A program made the translations under genes and the position numbers. A stretch of DNA of 64,000 bases from Candidatus Hydrogenedentota bacterium (GTDB lineage Bacteria; Hydrogenedentota; Hydrogenedentia; Hydrogenedentales; SLHB01). The notes beneath the pieces are model-generated. The model was not told where the DNA came from, did not search any database, and saw nothing but the letters and a program-made list of their open reading frames with translations. Shown one piece after another: positions 23,467 through 32,918 of this stretch. Numbering within the stretch: position 1 is the first letter of the stretch; the number at the start of each line of letters is the position of its first letter. The stretch spans positions 160,001 to 224,000 of the forward strand of contig CAXXYE010000009.1 of assembly GCA_963674865.2 (NCBI GenBank). The letters run 5' to 3'.

Positions 23467-23762
23467 AGGCGACGCCCCGCCGCGGCGGCCTCGGCAAGGC
23501 TGCCATCCGGCACCCTCGACACGGCCGAAATGACGAGGGCATGCGCTCCATTTCGAGGAAGGCATGGCCTGGAGGTACGGCCAGAAACTCATGAAATACA
23601 TGGGTGCTACGCGCTTTACGCGTTGACGCAGAAAGACTTACAAGCACGCTACAGACGCGTCCACTGCGTTGCGTGCTTTCCAACCGAATCCCTAGGGCAT
23701 TTATTGCTTGATCCCTAACAGTCAGTTATGGTACACTTGCTCCTCGAGGAGAAAAAGAGACC

Positions 23763-24245
23763 ATGGCTAACCGCTCGCTCAAAGCCGAACTCGGCCTCGA
23801 TATGCCTTTCGAGGACGTCCTCCATGAAACGGTGCTCAGCATCATCCGCACCGCCACGCTGCTTTCACAATCGGGCGCGGGCCTCTTCCGCCAATTCGAC
23901 CTTACGCCGGCGCAATTCAATGTCCTGCTGGCGCTCAAGTACAAGAATCGCGACCTGACTCAGTCGGCTCTTAGCAAGCGGCTGGTTGTCACCCGGGCCA
24001 GCATCACGTCGGTGCTGGACAAACTCGAGGGCAAGGGACTCGTATGCCGGGAGCGCGTGCCTAAGAACCGGCGGATTTACTACGTGGCCTTGACGGCGGC
24101 CGGGCGGGACATGGTGGAAGAGGTTGAACCGCTCTACCGGGAGCGGATACATGGCCTGCTGGCCGGATTGAGTCAGAAGGAATGCCGGGCAATCATTCGA
24201 AGCCTCGAAAGGGTGCGCGCGGGGATTGGGGATAGTGGGGAATAA
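23763..24245 (+). CDS. MarR family transcriptional regulator
   Basis: LTPAQFNVLLAL, wHTH, LEGKGLVCR..NRR..VALTAAG. Confidence 0.92.
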   Translation: MANRSLKAELGLDMPFEDVLHETVLSIIRTATLLSQSGAGLFRQFDLTPAQFNVLLALKYKNRDLTQSALSKRLVVTRASITSVLDKLEGKGLVCRERVPKNRRIYYVALTAAGRDMVEEVEPLYRERIHGLLAGLSQKECRAIIRSLERVRAGIGDSGE

Positions 24246-24262
24246 GCCTGAGGAGATACCAC

Positions 24263-27200
24263 ATGGGAACGTCTGACGTGCGAGAAGTATCGCCGATGCG
24301 GAGGGGAACGCGCCGCGGCTTCTGGGCGCTCATCGCCACGCAGTTTCAGGGCGCTTTCAACGACAACGCCTTCAAGTACATCATCATTCTCTTCCTGCTA
24401 CGATTTTACCTGGGGACGAACGTCGAAGACGAGGCCGTCGCCAACCGCATTACAGGCATCGCGACGATGCTCTTCGCGGTGCCCTTCGTGTTGTTCCCGG
24501 TGTACGCCGGTGTACTGGCCGATCGATTTAGCAAGCGCTCCATGGCCGTCGCGATGAAATACGCCGAGTTGATCATCATGGGCCTTGGCCTAGTCGCTTT
24601 TCTCGTGAAGTCACCGGCCTTCATCTGGATAACCCTCTTCCTCATGTTGACGCAGAGTACGTTCTTCAGCCCGGCCAAGTACGGCATGATGCCGGAGATC
24701 CTCTCGCCGCAGCGTCTGTCCTGGGGCAACGGCGTGCTGAACATGACAACCTTTGTGGCGATCATTCTTGGCACCGCCGTCGCCGGCCCACTGCGCGACT
24801 GGCTGGGCGATAGAGTCTACCTGGCCTCGGTTCCGCTGATCGTGCTATCCGTGGCCGGGATCATCACTGCCCACGGCATCCCGAAGCCGCCCGCGGCCAA
24901 TCCGCACCAACGCATGCCGCTCACGCCTTGGTGGGGGATGGGGCGGTACTTCAAGATGTTCCGGGCCGATCGCTGGCTGTTCCTTACCATGCTGGGCATT
25001 GCCTTCTTCTTCTTCGCGGGCGCCATGGTTCAGAACAACATCGTCCGGTACGGCGCCATCGAGCTTGGCATCGAGAACGACACCCAGATCAGCCTCCTTG
25101 CCGCCGCCCTTGCCATGGGGATCGGCATCGGAAGCCTCGGCGCCGGCTACCTGTCCGGCAGCAAGATAGAGGTGGGGTTGATTCCCCTGGGCGCGCTGGG
25201 CATCGCCGCATTTAGCGCGCTGCTGGCCATCCCCGGATTCCACTACACCGCCGGACTCGGACTCCTCTTCGGGCTCGGATTCTTCGGTGGCTTCTACATC
25301 GTCCCGCTCAACGCCGTCCTACAGGAGCGCAGCCCCGACGACGCTAAAGGCGGCATGATCGCCACCAGCAATTTCGTGACGTTTGCAGGCGTCTTGGTGG
25401 CGGGAGCCGCTTATTGGCTCTTCGGCACGCTCGGACTGAACAGCTACCACGTGTTTCTCATCATCGCCCTCATGACGCTCGCCACGGGCATCTACATCTG
25501 CTCGCTCCTGCCCGTGTTCCTCCTCCGATTCATCCTGTGGTGCCTCGCGCACACGGTATACCGAATCAAGGTATTGGGCCGGGAAAATGTCCCTGAGAAG
25601 GGCGGGGCGCTGCTCGTGGCAAACCACACGTCCTTCGTGGACGCCCTCGCACTGATTGCTTCCACGGATCGCCTTGTCCGGTTTGTCATGTTCCAAGGCT
25701 ACTACGACGCCGCGTGGATTCGCCCCCTTGCGAAGATCCTGAAGGCGATCCCCGTGTCGTCGACGGGCGGGCCGAAGGAGCTTCTCGAGTCTCTTCGCAC
25801 GGCCACCCAAGCCATCAAGGACGGCGACGTCGTCTGTATCTTCGCCGAAGGGCAGATCACGCGCACGGGCCAGCTTCTTCCTTTCAACAAAGGCTTCGAG
25901 CGAATCATGCGCAACGTGGACGCCCCGATCATTCCCGTCCACCTCGACCGCCTCTGGGGAAGCATCTTCAGTTTCGCGGGCAAGAAGTTCCTCTGGAAAT
26001 GGCCCAAACGCGTCCCCTATCCCATCACCGTGAGTTACGGCGCGCACATGCCCTCGGACAGCACGGCTCCTCAAGTGCGCAACGCCATCATGGAACTCGG
26101 AACCGAAGCCTATATGCAGCGCGAGATCAAGCCCGACCTGCTGCACCGAGCGTTCATCCGGATGGCCCGGCGCCATCCCGGACGACTTGCCGTGGCGGAT
26201 GGCCGCACGGGCGGCTTGTCCTACTTCAAGACACTGGTGGCAAGTATCATCTTCGCGCGGAAGCTCAGGCCTTTGCTCGGCGACCATCCGATGACGGGAG
26301 TCCTGCTGCCCCCAACCGTGGGCGGCGCACTGACGAATATTGCGCTTCAAACGATGGGGAAAGTCCCCATCAACTTGAACTATACCTTGCCTGCGGCCGG
26401 CCTCGCGTCCTGTGCCGAGCAGTGCGGCATCTCCCACGTCATTACCGCAAAGGCCCTGCTCGAGAAGCTGCCCGTCGAAGTGCCCGGTGAAGCCATCTAT
26501 CTCGAGGATGTAAAGGACTCGGTTAAGAAGGGCGACCGCATTGTGGCCTTGCTTCTTGCGGTTTTCTGTCCTGTCCGCCTTCTCGAGCGACTGCTCGGGG
26601 CGCCGGCGAAACGCTCCGGGGACGATCTGGCTTCAATCATCTTTTCCAGCGGCAGCGAGGGCGTCCCCAAGGGAATCATGCTGACACAGCGGAATGTCCT
26701 CTGCAATATCGAATCCGCGCTCCAGGTTTTTCCGCATGAAACGAGCGATGGACTCATGGGTATTCTCCCCCTGTTTCACTCTTTCGGCTTCACGGCCACA
26801 CTCTGGCTTACGCTTACGGAGGGGATGTTCTCCGTGTTCCATCCGACGCCCCTCGAACCAAAAGCCATCGGCGGACTCATTTACAAATACAAACCGAAAC
26901 TCTTCGTGGCCACGTCAACCTTGCTGCAAGGCTTCATCCGGCGCTGCACGCCCGAGGAACTCAGCAGCCTCGAATTCGTAGTGTGCGGCGCGGAGAAGTT
27001 GACGGATCGCGTGCGGGAAGCATTCACCGCGAAGTTCGGCGTGGAGCCGCTCGAGGGATACGGCGCAACGGAATGCGCGCCCGTAGTGTCCGTGAGCGTA
27101 CCGGACTGGCGTGCCCCCGGCTTTTATCAGAAGGGCCACAAGCGGGGCAGCATCGGGCGTCCGCTCCCCGGCGTCAGCGTGCGAGTCAAGAATCCGGATA

Positions 27201-27718
27201 CGGGGGAGATCATGCCTGAAGGCGAGCCGGGCATGCTGTACGTCAAAGGTCCCAACGTCATGAAAGGCTACCTCGACATGCCCGAGAAGACGGCGGCCGT
27301 ACTTCAGGACGGCTGGTACGAAACCGGCGACATCGCCTCGGTGGACGACGACGGCTTCATCTTCATCAGCGGCCGGCTGGCGCGCTTCAGCAAGATCGGT
27401 GGCGAGATGATCCCGCATACCCGGGTGGAAGACACGCTGCACGAACTCATCGGCCTCACCGACCTCTCTCTGGCCGTGACGAGCGTGCCCGACCAAACCA
27501 AGGGAGAGCGCCTGCTCGTCCTGCACACGCTCGAAGAAGAGCAACTCGAGGAGTTGCTCGGCAGACTGGCCAGTTGCGACATGCCCAACCTATGGATTCC
27601 CCGGGCAAATGCCTTTTACCGCGTGAGCGAGATTCCCGTACTCGGCACAGGGAAGATGGATATACGCGCCGTCAAGAACATGGCCGAGACTCTCTACGTG
27701 GGCGAGGGTGAGGCGTAA
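24263..27718 (+). CDS. aas: Aas-type fusion: LplT-like MFS, PlsC acyltransferase and acyl-ACP synthetase
   Basis: TQFQGAFNDNAFK and FFSPAKYG (MFS); NHTSFVD and FAEG (acyltransferase); FSSGSEGVPKG, EGYGATE, WYETGD and FSKIGGEM (AMP-binding). Confidence 0.92.
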   Translation: MGTSDVREVSPMRRGTRRGFWALIATQFQGAFNDNAFKYIIILFLLRFYLGTNVEDEAVANRITGIATMLFAVPFVLFPVYAGVLADRFSKRSMAVAMKYAELIIMGLGLVAFLVKSPAFIWITLFLMLTQSTFFSPAKYGMMPEILSPQRLSWGNGVLNMTTFVAIILGTAVAGPLRDWLGDRVYLASVPLIVLSVAGIITAHGIPKPPAANPHQRMPLTPWWGMGRYFKMFRADRWLFLTMLGIAFFFFAGAMVQNNIVRYGAIELGIENDTQISLLAAALAMGIGIGSLGAGYLSGSKIEVGLIPLGALGIAAFSALLAIPGFHYTAGLGLLFGLGFFGGFYIVPLNAVLQERSPDDAKGGMIATSNFVTFAGVLVAGAAYWLFGTLGLNSYHVFLIIALMTLATGIYICSLLPVFLLRFILWCLAHTVYRIKVLGRENVPEKGGALLVANHTSFVDALALIASTDRLVRFVMFQGYYDAAWIRPLAKILKAIPVSSTGGPKELLESLRTATQAIKDGDVVCIFAEGQITRTGQLLPFNKGFERIMRNVDAPIIPVHLDRLWGSIFSFAGKKFLWKWPKRVPYPITVSYGAHMPSDSTAPQVRNAIMELGTEAYMQREIKPDLLHRAFIRMARRHPGRLAVADGRTGGLSYFKTLVASIIFARKLRPLLGDHPMTGVLLPPTVGGALTNIALQTMGKVPINLNYTLPAAGLASCAEQCGISHVITAKALLEKLPVEVPGEAIYLEDVKDSVKKGDRIVALLLAVFCPVRLLERLLGAPAKRSGDDLASIIFSSGSEGVPKGIMLTQRNVLCNIESALQVFPHETSDGLMGILPLFHSFGFTATLWLTLTEGMFSVFHPTPLEPKAIGGLIYKYKPKLFVATSTLLQGFIRRCTPEELSSLEFVVCGAEKLTDRVREAFTAKFGVEPLEGYGATECAPVVSVSVPDWRAPGFYQKGHKRGSIGRPLPGVSVRVKNPDTGEIMPEGEPGMLYVKGPNVMKGYLDMPEKTAAVLQDGWYETGDIASVDDDGFIFISGRLARFSKIGGEMIPHTRVEDTLHELIGLTDLSLAVTSVPDQTKGERLLVLHTLEEEQLEELLGRLASCDMPNLWIPRANAFYRVSEIPVLGTGKMDIRAVKNMAETLYVGEGEA

Positions 27719-29430
27719 TGACCACACCGGAGGGAGAGGTCCCCGAAGCCGCGCCGCCGCCCTCTGTGCCGGTGACTGATGCCGCCACGCGCCGGCGGGC
27801 CCTGCCGCGGCGTATGCTGGCCGCACTTATGCTCGTCGCCGCGGCATTGATCGTGTACGACGTCGTGGCGGGGCGTCTCGCCACCAATGAGGCCGCGGCA
27901 ACACCCCGTGATCCGGAAACCGGCATCATGGCAGGCGCAGAGCCGCGCGATTTGGGCCCCGAAAACGCAAAGGGCGCGGTGCTCTTCGTGCATGGCTTCG
28001 CGGGTGCGGCGAACAACTTCGCCGATGTGCCCGACCGGCTTGCCGCGCGCGGCTGGCGCGTCCGCGTCATGCGTTTGCCCGGCCATGGAACAACGCCGCG
28101 AGACTTCGCTGAGCAAAATCCAGACGATCTTCTGGCCGCCGTGCAGGCCGAGATCGACGCCCTGACCGCCAAACATGACAAAGTCATCCTGATTGGCCAC
28201 TCCATGGGAGGCGCCCTCAGTACGCTCGCCGCGTCCCACGCGGACGTAGACGGACTCGTGCTCGCCGCCCCCTACTTCGGAGTCACGTATCACTGGTTCT
28301 ACCTTTTGCCTCCCGAGGTCTGGACGGAGATTGCCCGGCCCATCATCCCCTGGATCTACAAGGGCAAGCTCTTCATGCAAGTCAATCGCGTGGAAGCCAA
28401 AGACAGAATCGTCTCCTACAATTGGATTCCGACGCGCGCCAGCGTCACCCTTGCCCGCATCGGCCGCAGCGCCAAGCGGCCCGCCGTACTCAAGCAGATC
28501 ACATGCCCTGTGTTGCTGCTGCATTCGATGGGCGACAAGGCCGCATCCCCCAAAGCCGCGGCGCGCGCCTTTGCCGCCCTCGGCGCGGAGCAGAAGCGCG
28601 CCGTGTGGCTCGAACGCTCCAATCACCACATCTTCTGGGACTTCGAGCGGGAGGAGGTGGCCCGCGAGATCCTCAACTTCGTCGGCGCCCCACCGGGAGA
28701 ATCCCCGGAGGTAGAGGCACGCGCAGAATCAGTACGAAAGGAAGAACCAATGGCGAACGACGTCTCGTATCTCGTGCGACGAGCCACACGGACCCCGGCT
28801 TTGGATGGCCAGTGGGACGCGCCCCCATGGAACGAAGCAGACACCTTGGCGGTCACCCACTTCCATCCGGACAGCAGCGACCACCGGCCCGTCACCCGGG
28901 CGCGGCTCTTATACGACAAGGACGGCCTGTACGTCATGTTCCGCGTCGAGGATCGCTACGTCCGGTGCATCCACTGCGGCTACCAGGCGGACGTCTACAA
29001 GGATGCCTGCGCGGAGTTCTTCGCCCGGCCTCGGCCGGACAAGGGATACTTCAATTTCGAGATGAACTGCGGCGGCTCGCTATTGCTCAAGTATATCGAG
29101 GATTCGCGCCGGGGCCCGGGAGGATTCGCGAAATCCCTCGACGTTCCCGCGGAGATAGCGCAACGAATAAGGATTTACCATGAACTGCCGGAGCGAATCG
29201 ATCCCGAAATGCCGGACGCCATCACGTGGACGATAGCGTATGTTATCCCATTCAACCTATTCGAGGAGTACGTCGGCCCCTTGGAAGATGTTAGCGGCAT
29301 GACGTGGCGGGCGAACTTCTACAAGTGCGCCGAAGACAACTCCCATCCCCATTGGGCCGCTTGGTCGTCTGTCGGTGAAGAGAAGAACTTCCACCAACCC
29401 GATCGCTTCGGCGAAATCCGGTTCGAGTAG
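27718..29430 (+). CDS. Alpha/beta hydrolase (lipase/lysophospholipase-like) fused in frame to a CBM9-like domain
   Basis: FVHGF, GHSMGG, and D/H of the triad (MGDKAA, SNHH). The second half from 28750 has LDGQWD..W, VYKDACAEFF, YFNFEMN, WRANFYKC and NFHQPDRFG. Confidence 0.8.
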   Translation: MTTPEGEVPEAAPPPSVPVTDAATRRRALPRRMLAALMLVAAALIVYDVVAGRLATNEAAATPRDPETGIMAGAEPRDLGPENAKGAVLFVHGFAGAANNFADVPDRLAARGWRVRVMRLPGHGTTPRDFAEQNPDDLLAAVQAEIDALTAKHDKVILIGHSMGGALSTLAASHADVDGLVLAAPYFGVTYHWFYLLPPEVWTEIARPIIPWIYKGKLFMQVNRVEAKDRIVSYNWIPTRASVTLARIGRSAKRPAVLKQITCPVLLLHSMGDKAASPKAAARAFAALGAEQKRAVWLERSNHHIFWDFEREEVAREILNFVGAPPGESPEVEARAESVRKEEPMANDVSYLVRRATRTPALDGQWDAPPWNEADTLAVTHFHPDSSDHRPVTRARLLYDKDGLYVMFRVEDRYVRCIHCGYQADVYKDACAEFFARPRPDKGYFNFEMNCGGSLLLKYIEDSRRGPGGFAKSLDVPAEIAQRIRIYHELPERIDPEMPDAITWTIAYVIPFNLFEEYVGPLEDVSGMTWRANFYKCAEDNSHPHWAAWSSVGEEKNFHQPDRFGEIRFE

Positions 29431-29460
29431 GAGATAGGCGCGCGCGCGATCAGGTGTGAG

Positions 29461-29940
29461 CTACTTGGAGTAATCGGGACTCACAAAGCGCTTCCTGATC
29501 TTGGACTTGCGCGGTGACTTGCGATGCCGCTTTGTCGAGTCGCTCGACTTGTGAAGCTTGGACAACTCCGTTTGGTAATCGCCCTTGACGACACGGCTCT
29601 TCTCCTTGAGCCGCTTCCGAGTCGGTTTGAGCCGCGCCTTTGTTCTCTTGCCGGCCTCTTCCGCCCCCTTCTTATCCCAAGAAGCCTTGCGCGCAAAATC
29701 GCTCTTCCCCTTGAGAAGCGCCTGGCGCGCCTCCTTCTCGGCGCGCTTCTTCTCGGTGGAGGCCGTGCGCTTCGTCCGGCGCGTGAGATCCCGTAAGGGC
29801 TGAAGCGCACCCTTGACCTCGTTCGTCACGCCTTGAACGACCCCCTTCACCATCCGGATCGGCCCCGCGTGGGCAACCGGCGCTACCAACAGAAACGCCG
29901 CTGTAAACGCCAGCGCCGCACCCACCCGATGTACTCTCAT
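29461..29940 (-). CDS. Hypothetical secreted, highly basic Lys/Arg-rich protein
   Basis: GGAGG RBS, signal peptide ending VAHA, K/R-rich mature part. Fills the gap between neighbouring genes. Confidence 0.6.
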   Translation of the reverse strand: MRVHRVGAALAFTAAFLLVAPVAHAGPIRMVKGVVQGVTNEVKGALQPLRDLTRRTKRTASTEKKRAEKEARQALLKGKSDFARKASWDKKGAEEAGKRTKARLKPTRKRLKEKSRVVKGDYQTELSKLHKSSDSTKRHRKSPRKSKIRKRFVSPDYSK

Positions 29941-30092
29941 CGTCACCGCTTCGTCGCCTCCTGCCGGGCCGTCAGGCCTCCATCGAGTCTAGCGCAGGCC
30001 GGTTTGCTTTGCAAGAGAACCTTTCTTGCGCGTACCCTAGAGGTGCGGCCAGAAAGCCACCGGATAATGGAGACTGAGCGAGGAGGAATTCC

Positions 30093-30659
30093 GTGCACGA
30101 GTCACTTGGAGCCAAGACTATCCTTTATCCCACACCCCTACTTGTTGTCGGAAGCTACGACCCCGAAGGCCGGCCCAATATCATGGCCGTGGCATGGGGC
30201 GGCCTCTGCTGCAGCCAGCCGCCGTGCGTCGCCGTTTCCTTGCGGGAGGCCACCTATAGCTACGGCAATATCACTCATTCACGCGCCTTCACGGTGAATG
30301 TCCCCGCCGCGAGCCAAGTCAAAGAGGCGGACTATGCCGGACTATGCTCCGGCAGGGACGTTGACAAATTCGAGGCGGCCGGCCTGACACCCATCAAGAG
30401 CGATTTAGTGAACGCCCCGTACATCGAGGAATTCCCGCTCGTCCTCGAGTGCGAGGTGCGCCACGTGGTGGATATCGGCCTTCACAAGCAGTTCATCGGC
30501 GAGATCCTCGACGTCAAGGCCGACAAGGCCATCCTCGACGCCAAAGGCAACATCGACGTATCGAAGCTCCAGCCCATTGCATTCGCCCCGGGAGATCGCG
30601 GCTACTACCGCGTCGGCGAATTCGTCGGCAAGGCCTTCTCCATCGGCAAGAGAGATTAG
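30093..30659 (+). CDS. Flavin reductase (flavoredoxin-like) family protein
   Basis: YPTPLLVVGSY, NIMAVAWGG, AFTVNVP, LECEV, FIGEI. GTG start after AGGAGG. Confidence 0.9.
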   Translation: MHESLGAKTILYPTPLLVVGSYDPEGRPNIMAVAWGGLCCSQPPCVAVSLREATYSYGNITHSRAFTVNVPAASQVKEADYAGLCSGRDVDKFEAAGLTPIKSDLVNAPYIEEFPLVLECEVRHVVDIGLHKQFIGEILDVKADKAILDAKGNIDVSKLQPIAFAPGDRGYYRVGEFVGKAFSIGKRD

Positions 30660-30671
30660 TCGGATATCCAG

Positions 30672-31586
30672 CTACTCCTCCGGAGTCTCCCCGATAGCGT
30701 CGAGGCGCTTCTTTGCCTCCTCATACACATCGGCAGGCAACGGCCCGCGCAAGGCCGTCGTGACGTTCTCCTGGAGATGCTTGGGAGACAAGGTGCCGAC
30801 GATGGTCGTGTGACAGTGGGGGTGGGACAGCGTGAACCGCAAGAGAAACGCAGTCCGGCTCTCGCCCGGCTCGAGAAGCTCATCGAGCTTGGCCTGCTCG
30901 AATCGATCCCAGCCGTCGAAGGTGTTGCCGCCGGCCTCACCCGGCTCCCCCTTTGCGACGCCCCCGCGGATGATGACGCCCGCCCCCGCCTCGCCGGCCT
31001 TCGTGATCAGGTGCTCGTGCTGCCGTTGGAGCGCTGAGTAGGGGATCTGGAAAGTATCGAACACGCCCCACTGAATATACGTGCCGAGATGGGGGCTTGT
31101 GGAGGAGCAACCTATGAACTTCACAACGCCTTGCTCCCGCAGCTCTTTGAGAACGTCTACGAGGGCGTACTCCTCACATTGCTCCACGGACGGATTGTGC
31201 AGTTGCAACACGTCAACGCAATCCGTCTGCATCTTCAGGAGGGAATCGGCGATGTTCCGCAAGAGATTCTCGCGCGTCCAATAGTGGGGCGTCTCGTCGT
31301 GGTCGCCCGCAAAGGTCATATGGCAACCGCACTTGGTGGCGAGGTAGAAGGCATCGCGCCGTTGGGCCAAATACCTGCCGATGTACAACTCACTCTTGCC
31401 GTAGTCGTTCGCCGTATCGACGAAGTTGATGCCCGCGTCGAGCACCATATTCAGAATAGTGCGGGCCTGGCCGTCATCGCAGGGACGTCCGTTCCAAATA
31501 CGTTTGCCGCGCACTTCCATCGCTCCGTATCCAAGCTGAGTTACCTCAAGTCCGGTTCGTCCAAGCGTCCTTCTAGGCAGTGACAT
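30672..31586 (-). CDS. Aldo/keto reductase
   Basis: LGRTGLEVTQLGYG, GINFVDTANDYGKSE, LATK, DVLQLHN. Confidence 0.92.
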   Translation of the reverse strand: MSLPRRTLGRTGLEVTQLGYGAMEVRGKRIWNGRPCDDGQARTILNMVLDAGINFVDTANDYGKSELYIGRYLAQRRDAFYLATKCGCHMTFAGDHDETPHYWTRENLLRNIADSLLKMQTDCVDVLQLHNPSVEQCEEYALVDVLKELREQGVVKFIGCSSTSPHLGTYIQWGVFDTFQIPYSALQRQHEHLITKAGEAGAGVIIRGGVAKGEPGEAGGNTFDGWDRFEQAKLDELLEPGESRTAFLLRFTLSHPHCHTTIVGTLSPKHLQENVTTALRGPLPADVYEEAKKRLDAIGETPEE

Positions 31587-31879
31587 GATCGGCTCCTCCT
31601 GTTGTGTCCGGCAGGTATTGAGACAACGCACAGCAAACCTGAGGCTATTCCAGCCCGCTCGTGCGATTGTCTGGCCCGCCCATCGGGAGTATACTCACTC
31701 CCGTCCTGGGATGCTCGGTGCCATCTTGCGTGAACGCGCAACCTGTTTCATAGTTGCCTCAGCGATCAGGTATGATGACAGCCGGGCTGCGGGTCTGTAG
31801 GAGTCCGGCCGGTGTAGGCGCATGAGCTTCCGTCGCTGGTTCTGCCCGCTAAACAAAACGAATCGATGAGGAGAGAGCC

Positions 31880-32773
31880 ATGAAGTTCAAGCTGGAGGGG
31901 ATCATTCCTGCCATTCTGACTCCGTTCACCAAAGGTGGGGAGCAAGTCGACTACGAAAAAGCGTGCGCCTTGGCCACGCGGCTGGCGGATCAAGGAGTAG
32001 CGGGTGTTTTCGTGGCGGGGACCACGGGAGAAGGCTTCTTGATGACGGTGGAGGAACGAAAGAAGCTTCTCGAAGAACTGATCGCAGCGGCCGGAAAACG
32101 GATCAAGATTATTGCCCAGACGGGGCACTTCGACACTGCAACGGTGATCGAACTCTCCCAGCACGCCATGGAAGCCGGTGCGGCGGCGGCCGGTGTGGTA
32201 GCCCCGGGATTCTACGGCTACGACGATGCCTCGCTGCGCCTGCATTACAAGCTCGTCGCTAAGGCAGTGAAGGACTTCCCGATCCTGCTGTACAACCTCC
32301 CAGGCTGCGCCAAGAACCTGCTCACCGCCGAACTCATCGTAGAACTCGCGGAGGGCGTCGACAACATCGTCGGCATCAAGGACAGCTCGGGAATGATGGC
32401 CCTCTTCAGCCGCGTGCTGGGCGACCGCCCCAAGGAATTCGTATGTATCAACGGCGCGGACGAGTACAGCTTCCAGGCTTACGCGGCAGGCGCCGACGGC
32501 TCCGTATCCAGCACAGCCAACGTGTTCCCGGACGTATTCCTTGGAATCTTCAACAACATGAAGAAAGGCGACACGAAGAAAGCCTGGAAGTATCAAGTCA
32601 TGCTCAATCGCCTGTGCGGCGTCTTCCAGTACGGCAAGATGGTGGCCTACTACAAGGAAGGCATGCGGCTTCGCGGTTTCGACGCTGGTTACGTGCGGGC
32701 CCCGCAGCGTGAACTCACCGCCGCCGAAAGAAAGGCCTTCACCAAGAAGCTCGAAGGCATGGGCGTGCTCTAG
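31880..32773 (+). CDS. DHDPS/N-acetylneuraminate lyase family class I aldolase
   Basis: PAILTPF, GTTGE, LYNLP, GIKDSSG (Schiff-base Lys). Confidence 0.9.
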   Translation: MKFKLEGIIPAILTPFTKGGEQVDYEKACALATRLADQGVAGVFVAGTTGEGFLMTVEERKKLLEELIAAAGKRIKIIAQTGHFDTATVIELSQHAMEAGAAAAGVVAPGFYGYDDASLRLHYKLVAKAVKDFPILLYNLPGCAKNLLTAELIVELAEGVDNIVGIKDSSGMMALFSRVLGDRPKEFVCINGADEYSFQAYAAGADGSVSSTANVFPDVFLGIFNNMKKGDTKKAWKYQVMLNRLCGVFQYGKMVAYYKEGMRLRGFDAGYVRAPQRELTAAERKAFTKKLEGMGVL

Positions 32774-32802
32774 CAGACGTCACAGGCAACAAGACACGCA
32801 AG

Positions 32803-32830
32803 AGGGCGCGGACTTCCGCGCCCTTTCTTG
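32803..32830 (+). terminator. Probable intrinsic terminator
   Basis: AGGGCGCGG / CCGCGCCCT stem followed by TTCTTG, 30 bp after the aldolase stop. Confidence 0.65.
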
Positions 32831-32918
32831 TATACATCGCTTGTCGAAGCGAAATCCCCAGGAGGTCCGTGCAATAGATACCAAGGAGCCTAGGTCTTTC
32901 CCGGATCCGGCCGCCTTG

